Source of the DNA: Amoeboaphelidium protococcarum X5
Lineage: Eukaryota; Fungi; Aphelidiomycota
Length of the DNA stretch: 64,000 nt
Direction of reading: 5' to 3'
NCBI GenBank assembly: GCA_023515725.1
Contig: JALDTO010000266.1
Coordinates: 295,345 to 359,344 of the forward strand
The notes beneath the pieces are model-generated. The model did not search any database. It was not told the DNA's origin and was given only the letters and a program-made list of their open reading frames with translations. Made by a program: the position numbers and the translations under genes. Below, one piece after another: positions 30,111 to 41,200 of the stretch; the stretch's first letter is position 1; each line of letters begins with the position of its first letter.

Positions 30111-31839
30111 ATGAGGATTCCACCTACGCTACTTGCAGACAGTTACAAAGCGAGTCATTATGTACTCTACCCGAAAGCAGCCAAGGTATTTATATCCTTC
30201 GAGTCCATTGCCTAATATTAGTTTCACCCCAAAAATGTAGATGTGCGCATATGGTGAATTTCGTCACTCGTACGAGAAGGATGAACGGGATCATCGCATG
30301 GTGTTCTATGGCATGCGTTACATTCTGGAGACTCATCTATCTACTCCGTGGACTATGAAAGATATTGAAGATGCGGAGAAGTTTTTCTACACGTTTGGCA
30401 TAGGAAATAGTCAGCACCCGTTTCCTTAGCATTTGTTCACAAAGATTGTCACGGAGCACGGCGGACACTTTCCTGTGAAGATCGAAGCGCTTCCTGAAGG
30501 TTCAGTGATCTATCCTCATATACCGGTATATTAAATCACGGCTGAAGGTGAATTCTCTCCTCTGGTAACGTGGCTGGAAACTTTGATGACCATGCTCTGG
30601 TATCCGAGTACGGTGGCCACTCTCAGTCGACGCATTAGGACTGTAATTGAGAAGGCTTTTGCATAGAGTGTTGACTCTGGTTAGTAGTACCTTATTGAGA
30701 GTAGACTACACGACTTTGGATTTCGTGGATGTACATGCGTGGAGTAGAGTGTAATTGGCGCTAGTGCCCATCTGCTGAACTTCTCCGGTACAGATACTAT
30801 GAGTGGCGCCTATTACGCTCAGATGTAGTTGAATGGTGGTTCGCCCGTCGCGTCATCCATACCAGCCACGGAGCATTCAGTAATGACTAGTTGGCCCTCA
30901 GAAAAGGTAATATTCTTGTTTAATGTTGTCTCAATACCGTGTAAGAGAATTAAATTAAGTTTGGAGGATTGTAGGAGGCGCTTATTAATCTTATAAATTA
31001 ATATGGCGAGGGGACCTTTGCTTGTGTTATGGACAGCTATGATTATGCGTTTGCACTGGAGAAGCTATTACCTGCTGTTGCATCAATAAAGACATCCAAA
31101 GGTGGTTTCCTCGTCCTCAGACCAGATAGCGGCGACCCTGTTGAGACTGTCATCATGGCTTTACGGTATTTATTGTCTATTGTATATTGTTATTTACAAA
31201 ATCTCAAATGATTTATGTAGTGCTGCGGATAAAGTGTTTGGATCCACTACTAACAGTAAGGGATACAAGGTTATGCACGGATGTTCTGTTATTTAAGGAG
31301 ACGGTGTTACGCATTAAGTGGTAGACAAGATTTTAGCGGCTACTCTGTAAGCTGGATACAGTGCAAGTAATGTAGCTTTCGGAATGGGAAGTGGCTTGAT
31401 GCAACAGATCCATAGAGATACTATGAACTTTGCTACTAAACTCAATTACATTCAATATAGGGACAAAGTAGATGATGCTGATCATCAGTAGAATGACGGC
31501 CGATCAGTGGACATTATGAAAATGCCGAAAACTAATTTCAATAAAAGCTCGCTACCAGGTAGACTGGCTGTTATCAAAGACGAACAAAGTGGATGCTTGC
31601 GCGTTACTCCTCTTGAAGATGCAAGTTAGGAGGAGAATCAGTTAAAAGTTGTGTACGATCACGGTAAGATGGCTCCATTCCCGACATTTGATCAAGTTCG
31701 GTAGTCATTACAATTGCAGTGGTAACAATTACCACCAGTGCCTCCTTTTGATGTCAGAACTGACTCTATGCTGCGCAAGATTAACAAGGTATCCAGAGAA
31801 CTTAATCAGCGGGCTTCTCAGATGAAGCTAGATGTCTGA
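30111..31839 (+). CDS. NAMPT: Nicotinamide phosphoribosyltransferase, 516 aa; introns 30186-30240, 30907-30974, 31166-31220
   Basis: ADSYKASH, WYPSTVATLS, LHDFGFRG, AHLLNFSGTDT, IPATEHS, LRPDSGDP, IQGDG, FGMGSGL, RDTMNFATK. Three GT...TGTAG introns restore the frame. Confidence 0.92.
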
Positions 31840-32106
31840 CTTCTTTATCCGCTCATGTTCTATTTAATTTGAATAGATAAGGTCATCTCTACTGATAGCT
31901 ATTACTCAATATTTTAATTAAATGCCGTTTAAATGGGTGTATAAATTACGCGTTATCCAAATTTATTACTAACGAGATGCTTTACAAAGACTTGTGATCT
32001 ACTGTAAATTGTGAAACATTTTAATCGCGACTAGAACGAAACTTTATCATCATCATCTTCAATTAGCATCATCTACTTGAGAAAACAAAACCATACCACT
32101 CAAAGA

Positions 32107-33259
32107 ATGAACAATCAGTCTATTCTATCCTAGTATGCTGACATTCTGAATGATAAAAATCCAGTCCCTCCTCTATAAGCCCCCTCTCCCTCTACAGCTG
32201 AACAAGAATCTGCACAAGAAACTGATAATGCAATGAATAATAACGATGATACTGCAGATAATGTTAGTGAAGACGACGTGGAAATTGACCTCACTGAGAA
32301 ACTGAGGCGACGAGTAAAGGCGAAGATTGTGGACGTTGAAAGTGTCCGTTAAAACTTTGAAACCATCATCAATATTCCTGCAATAGTAGAGGATAGTGAG
32401 TAGACGTGTATCATTGATTTTAGGAGAATGAACAAGCATCAAATACGAAAGTAACAGGGTATTCAGCAGCAATAAGGAAGTGCGCGTCGGCCGGTCGCTA
32501 AAACTGTTGTCGATGCAAAGATTGTGGAATTCAGTCAACAAGACCGGCTTGGTGGTAAGAAGAAATCTAAATCATTGTCAAGACTAAAGAAATAGAGCTA
32601 TATAATTAAAGATGATGATATCGGAGATTATGATTATGAAGATCCGTTTATTGATGATGAGCAAGACTTTTACCTTGAGCAGATGCTGCATCGACCGGAA
32701 GTTGAAGGCTATTTCGCATGGAAAGGAGCAGTTCCCACTCGTTTGATCAATGAAGATGAACTTTTAGAGTAAGCCTTGTTAACACTATGTTAGTATATTT
32801 ATCTAAAAATACGTAACTTGTAATTGTTATATATAATGCTATTGTAGAGGAGTGTCATCTGATGATGAAGTGGACGGTTAATAGGCTGCTGATGGCGATC
32901 GAGGCACGCGCGTTGATTCCGAAACGGCTTAGCCAAATGTGGACAATAACAACAAGACTGATTCAAGTGCTAAATCTACTCCAACCAAGGCGAAAAAGGC
33001 AAGGAAACCTCGAACTAATAAAGAACCAGGTGCAGATAGTAATAAGGATGGCACCGAAACCCCCAAGAAGAAGAGGCGAAGGAAGGAGAAGGTTGTAACG
33101 GCTGATACCATTGTTGCTCCAAGCAATAATGCCACCTCTATTCCTCCTAAAGACTAACAACGTTCCACCTCTGCGAATGCTGATGCACCACCGTAATAGC
33201 AATAATAATAATAGTAATAACCAGAATCATAAGAATTGCCCGAGTAAAATAAAGTATGA
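32107..33259 (+). CDS. HUN/HRD-domain protein (HPC2/ubinuclein-like HIR complex subunit), 357 aa; intron 32769-32847
   Basis: YDYEDPFIDDE...EGYFAWKG is the Hpc2-related histone H3.3-binding motif. A basic NLS-like PKKKRRRK follows downstream. Confidence 0.8.
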
Positions 33260-33443
33260 TGCTAACGTTATGATTACTGTAAAGATGGTGCCGTTCGTTT
33301 AGAACAGGGGCGATCGTGTTACGCTTGTCCATCTTTCTTGTTCTCCCTCAGTATTGTGGTCTTTTTAAACACCATACCAATATCACTTCTTTATAATAAT
33401 TTCTCAACCAATCTATTTCAGTATAAAATAAGATTGTTTGTAA

Positions 33444-36400
33444 ATGTCAGATTAGAGGACTTTATAGCGAAATACTGCGAATAAGAATATTAAGGATGAT
33501 CCGACTCTGAACAGATAGGCGGTACTGTCTAAACGTGTTGATTATCCTTAGTTGACAGCGTAAACTTTTAATAATAATTATTTCTAGACTGGAGTAGGCT
33601 CATAGTTGGCATCAGATACTTCTACTAGAAATGCTGATTCATTCAAGTTTGGCTACGATATTGATACCATGGCTAGAGTGCTGAACAGAGAAGATGTTTA
33701 GAGCAAGTAGTAATAATCATCATCGAGAGAAGTGAATGGAGTTGTATCGCCGTTATAATCTATGTAGAGAGACAATTATTATGGCAAGTCTGGTGGTACT
33801 CCGGCTACCACTGGTAGAATATTGTCTTCGAAAAAGTCAGGCAATGCTTATAACGTGCAATCATCGTAAAATGAGCCTGACGATATTCAACTGCCATCCA
33901 CTACCGGACGGATACCGAAGCAGTATGACCAGTCTTTGGATCCCTCGCTAATGAACAAAATAGCAGCTACTTTGAATAGAGTTAATCTCGTAGTATAGTA
34001 GACATCCAACTAGGCAAAATCGGTATAGATGGGGAAAGTGCAGAAGATTTAGATGGAGTAATTTGGAAGTTAACGTCAGCTTCAAGCTGCTGGATTATCC
34101 TCTATGAATGCTGATTAGACGATAAGGTAACAGCAATAGAATACTGAAATTGGTACTCACATTCCAACTAAAAGCTCTCACAATACTCATACTAAATATC
34201 CACCTAGCGCGAATGTGTAATTTGGTGTCGAGGATTTGAAGAGAACTGCGGGATAGAGAGTGCACGTTCCAATGGCTGATAATCTGGATTTCCCTGTTAC
34301 TGTGGCTGCATCATCTGGCGCAGTGTAGAATGTATTGGATGGTGTATCTGCCGGCTGGGAGTAGGAGGAGTCTGAATTATAGGCGGTGGCTTCCAGTTTT
34401 GAATTGCAAAGTGTCCGACATTAATAGATCAACTCCAACATAAACGGTCAATCTGTGGACCAGTAGATTCCATCTTATTACAATCCACCTAGTTAGCTTG
34501 TGGGTGAGAAAGGCAAAGCAAAGAAGCCCAGTAGATAAGTATTGTCTACAAAGGAAGTTAATATTCTCGTTCTATACACTGCCAGAATTGGTGACTTGGT
34601 ATCACTGCGAAGCTTGACTGCTCCAGTGAAGGTTGATGTCAATACGACAGATGATGAAGGTCGGACGCCGTTAATATTTGCAATTCTTGGTGGTCACTAG
34701 GAGTGTGTGTAGATGCTCATAGAGCGCGGCGCTCTCATTCATCAGGCAGATTTTACTGGTCGTACAGCTCTGCACTGGGCGTCATATCATGGCGAGTCGC
34801 AGATTGTACATATGCTGCTCAAAGCTGGTGGAGATCCAACGATGATCGACAATCAGGGCCGTTCATGTCTTCACTTGTCAATGTTCCCATCAGATCCTGA
34901 TGTGTCGCAGATTTTATTAAAGCGTAGTTTTGTGATGGAGAGTCTGAATCAGTAGGAAGATCTCGGTCTTACCAGTGCAATGTTAGCTGCCTAGAATTCA
35001 TCTTTTCATCAACTTCAGGCGCTTATATCTCGTGGTGCCAATCTACAGCTTAAAGATAAACATGGTAAGACTGTCTTGCATCACTGTGCGGAGAATAAAG
35101 TTACTCATGGCGTGAAGCAGGTGCTGGCCGTGGCTCCAGAGCTGTTGAATAACAAGGACAATTATGGTCGCACCTGTCTACACCTGGCGTGTCTGGATGG
35201 TAATATCGCGATCGTCTATTATCTGCTGACCATAGACCAAGGCATAATAAACGAGAAGGATGATTCTGATCGAACTCCTCTTCACTGTGCCGCCATATCT
35301 GGTAAACCATCAGTCCTTAAACTTCTCACTGAATTCGGAGCCAAATTAAACAAAGGAGATAAACATTTAGCCACCGCGCTGCATTATGCCTGCTCTTAAA
35401 ATCTGGTGGACTGTGTAAATGTTCTACTCCGAAAAGGTGCATCCACGTCAATCAAGGACGGAGAGGGGCGATAGTGTTTGATATGGGCAGCCATCAGAGG
35501 TCATTTCGATGTCATACGCTTGTTGTGCAGTACAGATCTGGATGTAAACGCTGCAGAAGATCATGGATTGACAGCTTTGCATTTTGCTGCTTACTCCGGT
35601 CACACCGCTTGCTGTATTTAGTTGATCAGGCGGGGAGCTAATGTGAATTGCACCGATTTTAAGAGTCACCCACCTTTATTTAGAGCTGCAGTGGCTGGAC
35701 AGACTGAGACTGTAATTGCATTAATCAGTGAAGGTGCTGACGTTCTAATGACTGATATCGCTGGCAGAACTGCTCTACACTGGTCGTGTTCCTCAGGGCA
35801 CATTGATGTAGTGAATGCCCTGTTGGATTACATGTAAGACATCAATGTGAGAGATGCTTAGGGTGCCACGGGTCTGCATGAAGCTGCATTTCATGGTAAG
35901 AGCGATGTTCTTCTATTGCTGATTAATAACGGTGCTAATGTGGATTGCGTTGATAAGAATGGTGTAACAGCATTGCATTGGGCCTCTGTTAATGGACACT
36001 TGAATTGCTGCAGACTCTTATTGTAGAATGGAGCATTCATCAACTCCATGGTGGAAGATTAGGACCGTGATACTCCATTGGATTACGCGTATCTGAATAA
36101 CAATTACGATGTCGCTCAGTTTCTTATTGACCAAGGTGCTTTATTAGCTGAAGAAATACTCTCTAGAGCTGCTCTTATCATTCAAAAGGCATGGCGATTA
36201 CACAAAGGATATAAGATTAGACATTTGAAGCATCAAGGATTGAGATAGCATGACAATAATGCGGCTGGAACGTAATTTTAAAAAATGCTCAGAGGAGCTG
36301 TAGTATAGAAAAGAATTGTGTCATAGTCTAAAAAGTTATAATCGCAGCAGTCGGCATTCCAAATCTCTTCGACGAAATCCTCAAAGTACAATGATCCTGA

Positions 36401-36509
36401 AATGGCAAAGTAAAAGATTGCCACTCTATCCCGGTAAATAGTAGCATCTCCTCCATCTTCTGATCTGGATGATAACACCAATCTATAACAGTAATAATAA
36501 TAATAATGA
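33444..36509 (+). CDS. Inversin-like ankyrin-repeat protein with IQ motif, 1021 aa
   Basis: A Gln/Ser/Asn-rich N-terminus precedes roughly 15-16 tandem ankyrin repeats from about 34570 (GRTPLIFA, GRTALHWA, GRTCLHLA, RTPLHCAA, GLTALHFAA, GVTALHWA, DTPLDYA), followed directly by AALIIQKAWRLHKGYK (IQ motif). This is the INVS/NPHP2 architecture. Confidence 0.8.
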
Positions 36510-36569
36510 ATGAATAAAAATGTTGATCATTTATAGCTTAACCTTATATTTTAAGCAATCAAATTTTCA

Positions 36570-37111
36570 TCAAAGTACGTTTTAATACATTTACTTTTGA
36601 GTGGCTTCGAAGTCAATACGCTTCTATTTCAAGTTGCGAGCAGCAGATATAATAGACTTGTCTCCTGGCACCAACTACACTCACGTCATAAAGTTAATGG
36701 CATCTTAAAACTTTGCAATTGCGATAGAGAATATCTCAAACATCCTACCTAGAGAGCCTTGTCGAGATAGTGTTATGATTCGTCAAAGTTTCCCAATTTC
36801 ATCGCGACGATACCCAACCGATACAGGGACTTGACATGATTAGGATCAAGCTCTAGGACGAGTTTACAATTGACCTCAGCATCTGACCATTCACCCAACT
36901 TGATATACGTAGCAGCGAGATTAGAACGAATTGAAATGAGAAGAGATCGATCCTGCTCTGAATGGAGATTGAGCTTAGCCAGTGCTTGAATGTAGTGACA
37001 TACAGCATCGTGATAGTTTTACGAATCGAACGCTTTATTCCCACATTTCTTCAGGTCTAATGAATCTAATTTATTATCTTCAAAAACTTTGGTAGATTCG
37101 CTTGACTGCAT
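36570..37111 (-). CDS. Small three-TPR protein (FKBP/Cyp40-type TPR domain), 155 aa; intron 36675-36748
   Basis: LKKCGNKAFDSQNYHDAVCHYIQAL...RSNLAATYIKLGEWSDAEVNCKLVLELDPNHVKSLYRLG...YLDKALQ|LVPGDKSI...QKQMYQNVL, then TGA. Not in the ORF track. Confidence 0.88.
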
Positions 37112-37183
37112 TAGTATTGCGAGTTAGTATTCGCTTGTTTTAATAACCAGGTCAGATGAAAGCAAATCTTAAAGAGAAATAAG

Positions 37184-38095
37184 ATGAAGACGATTTGGTC
37201 CTCATCGCTTCATGTCGTCAATTCTCGAGATATTTCATTCAAACCACTTTCAGTCTAGAGCGCATAGTCTAGTTCATAGTCCATGTGAGTTTTACGCCCT
37301 CAAACTTAGTATTGATAAAGCCAAAGCCAATGAGGACAAGTTCGTCCTCAAACGCTGAAGGTTGATCAAAATGAGGACAAGTTCGTCCTCATCGCTGCTC
37401 CTTGAATGCGCAATCAAGACATATCGCTCAAACTACTCTCTGTCTGCGGTGAATAGTGTAGTTGATAGTCTGTATAATTTTTACGCGATCAAATTCAGTC
37501 TGAGAGACGCTGTATTGAATGAGGGAGGACAACATGTCTGCAAATCGGATCGTGTGTTGATTGTCATAAAGTTGCATTAAGCGATTGGCATGAAGATGGC
37601 AAAGCGCCTCCTAGATTGAAGCAGAGTAGGCGCGACGCGTGTATAAATATTGAAAATCATGAGCGGATAGACTTTATTCGAATGGTTATCTCAAACTTTA
37701 TTAAAGTCCATTGCGTCTTTCTAACATTAATCAACTCGCAGACAGATTGTCCTCATTGCCGCAGTAAATCAGTTTTTGCGCTAGAGCATTCGAACTACTT
37801 TCAATCTATGGCGAATTATGTATTCCATGGTCGCTTCAAGTTTTGCGCCGTCTTACCGAGTTTTGGTGAGGTTAAGTCGAATGAGGACAGGTTCGTCCTC
37901 AAAACGTGTGATCGGATCAACATGAGGACAAGTTCGTCCTCATTGCTGCTTGCTGAATGAATAATCAAAGATCTCGCGCTCCGACTATACTCAATTTGTA
38001 GCGAATAGTCTAGTTCATAGTCCATAGCACTTTTGCGCCGTCAAACGTAGTTTTGGTGAAGCTAAGTAGAATGAGGACACCTTGTCCGCAAACGG
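37184..38095. repeat. Diverged ~190-bp tandem repeat array with paired palindromes (A)TGAGGAC-N6-GTCCTCA(T)
   Basis: Palindromes start at 37330, 37371, 37881 and 37922, with degenerate copies near 37184, 37519, 37738 and 38071. The exact 21-mer atagtctagttcatagtccat occurs at 37264 and 38005, with variants at 37453 and 37815. The period is 187-190 bp and two cassettes are offset by 551 bp. Confidence 0.9.
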
Positions 38096-38247
38096 TCAGT
38101 ATTTAGATCAGCAAATGTTTGCGACGAGTCTGAACTACCAAACTCGACATTGTTTAAACATGTTGAGTTCAAAGTACAAATATAAAAACATTTCAATGTT
38201 ATAACTTAAAGTTTAATTTAATAGTGGATCACATAATAAACAAGCTT

Positions 38248-41200
38248 TCAAGCACGCCGCACATTTCTGTTCATGCTGGCTAAGGCAACACGTCTCAATT
38301 ATTCAGCATCTCGCGCTTACTTTGACGACTAGGCCTAAGATTACTGGGATGATGACTATAGGCTCTGTGAGTGACTAGGCCCAGTTCTCGGCCCTGCGGA
38401 TGAAGTTGCAGGCCCCCGCGTATCTTGACGCCCACGATAGTCTCCAGAATAGCGTCGCTAGTTGGCATAATCGTCGCGATAGTCACCTGCTCTCCCTCTA
38501 CCACCACCACTTTGATCATCGTATCTGGATGAGCGTTGAGATTCCCTTGAAGCTGTCAAAGGTTGCTAATGGTGCGAGCGCGAGGATGAATCGAGCCTTG
38601 ACGCTGAGCTTCGTTATTCATAACCACGTTATGCCTAATGGTAGCGCTAATGTTCATCTTTAGATCGTTATGAACGGCTATAATATTCTCCACGCCCATA
38701 ACTACCAGAGTGAACCGATGTATATTATTGCTCAGGCAGCCGTCTTCTTTTGCCATCATCGTATGATTTAGAGTCCTCCACATGCACTCTCTTCTAACGA
38801 TTATCATCAGCTTTTAGGCTTCTACTACGTTCACTGGTACTACTAGCTCCACGGTATGGCGATTTCTCTCTAGAAATGCTACTACTACTACTACTACTCG
38901 CACTAGCTTAAGGAGTTGACTCTTTACGAGCGGTTTACCTCAGAGAAGCCGTAACTGAGTGAGGTTGCTCGGGCGTAGGACTAACATTCCATCCGGAGCG
39001 TCCGGTATCGAGTTTTAACGACATATCAGGCCGCAATTAAGATGGCGATCTAGAACGACTTTTCATCGAAGGAGACTTGACTGAGAAGGGTGCTTGACTT
39101 TACCCATCTTGTATCTCAACTTCTTAAGTTTCCTTAGCGCTTTTATCGTCAGCAATTGCTCCATCTTCAACGTCATTATTCGCATTATTCGTTAATTCCT
39201 CTTAAAGCATAGGCTCTTCAGAATCTTAAGATTCGCTAACTCCTTATTGACCCCACCCGGACACGTCAGTTGTATCCATCATTATAGACGCTTCATCTCT
39301 CATCTCATTGAGTACCGTCACATTGCCTTCTTCATACTCGCCCTCTTCAAAATCTATAGCTTCTTCTTAAGGATCATTTACAATATCAGTCACCTATATA
39401 TTCTCCAATTCCATTTATTAAGTCTAAGAAGACTCTTGGGATTGTTGATCCTCATAAAACTGTCGAGATTGATCTTCTCCTAATACCATAGAACTTTCAA
39501 CTTCTTCATTTTCAATTTTACTATCATCTTCATCGATATCCTCCTCAATATCGCTACGAGATCCAACAGAACCAGATGAAATCGACAAACTCATAGAAGA
39601 TCCGTCTAGATATAAAGCCACCTGACGTTTGTCAACTTCCACCTTGATCCATTACTATTTATTGCGACCCAGCACGGCAAGGTATCTAGTCAGTAGAACT
39701 TTCAAGTCATCACGATTCTCTGCAGCTAACGCCCGGCTGACTCTCTACTCCAGATTACTACCAATGAGCTAAAATAGAGGGTAGACATCTTTCATCTTAT
39801 CCAGCATGATGATACAATTCCGGATGCTGGTGTAACAAGTAGACTCAAGACTGGCCACGACAGCCAATCTGACACGCTTGAAGAATGTCTGTACAACGTA
39901 CTAAAAGTCCTGATACTTTAATGAAGTCTCTTCATCAGGCAATTGGCGATTCAGTTCAGCATCAGAGCTCCATTTCTATTTAAATCCGTGATGAAACTGA
40001 GCCTGCCCTTTGTACTTATCTTCGTCTTAATACCAGGTGGCCAACTTTGACAGAATATCGTTCAAGAATATACCCATATTAGCAGCCTCCATCTAGGAAC
40101 ATGAAAAGAAGCATATCTGTAAATCATGCACAATTTTGTCAACAACAGTCAGGTGAGAGAATAGAGGAGCATCTACGTAGAGCAATAGCCAGAAGAATCT
40201 TGCCGCAAACAGAGCATCCAATGGCGACAGAAGAGCTCTTGAGCGAAAACAGTAATGGTATGCCTAGGTGCCTATATCATTCCTATTATCCAAATGAATA
40301 AACAATTGAGTGGCGACTGCTTTCAAGTTTTACACCACATTGCGTACCTCAGATTAACGATTATATAACTCGCTTTGCAACGAATCAGCAATACCAAGTT
40401 TACCAGGCTCATTCTGATATTTACCAATCTGCTCTGCATACAACTCTGCGCAGTCATTAATCATACCAAGATCTAAAGACCAGAACAGTCTGTAGAACAA
40501 TTCATTACAAAGAGGCAACTACTCACAACGACTACTACAAATCACATCTGGAAGAGCCTGCAACTGCAAGACCAAACTACTTGAATAGCTACTACCTGCA
40601 TCAGCAGTCAACACATTGCGAAGTTGCTTTGACAAGGTACCACGATATACGTGCCAAATATCAGCATCCTGTACATTGAGCTCCAAAAGTCTATCTATAG
40701 ATGGCACAATATTCAGTAATTCACCATCCTCTACAATATTACACGTCAAAAAGTGCACCAAAAACAACAATGTAAGCTGCGTCTGATCATGTACAGAACT
40801 AATTAGCTTGACGTGCTTGTTATTACCATTTATGTCAAAGGATGGAATAGTTTTCACCACCAGAATACATTCAAGCAGGGAAGCGGCCAGATTCTATTTA
40901 GTCAACGCAGCGAGTAAGCGATCAGCGGCGATAGCTATTCTCCTAGGACTTATTTCTGATTGTAATTGCAAAAGTTGTGACTTCAACATGGGGCCACAAC
41001 TCATAGCCTCAAGTTACTGCATACTACCATTTTCTAATAGAATCGCATCCCCCACTACCAGAGACAGAATGTCCTTGAGGATTACCAAATCCACCACCTA
41101 GTCAGCAATCATCTACTTCAATACATACTACAGCAGACCAGTGAAATCAACATCGCACTTAATAATGAGATTACTAGTCAATGATGATAAAGAGCTGAGC

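Noticed and set aside
37330-37400. Hammerhead ribozyme (minus strand TGAGGACGAAC resembles part of the classic core)
   Set aside because: There is no CUGANGA box or GAAA in the required arrangement on either strand.
37330-37943. CRISPR array interpretation of the palindromic repeats
   Set aside because: The repeats occur only in pairs, the intervening ~20-mers resemble each other rather than being unique spacers, there are no cas genes, and the context is eukaryotic.
37362-38025. Protein-coding tandem repeat in the array (ORFs 37362-37580, 37616-37960, 37816-38025)
   Set aside because: Unit lengths of 187-190 bp do not maintain frame, and the equivalent frame in another unit hits TGA.
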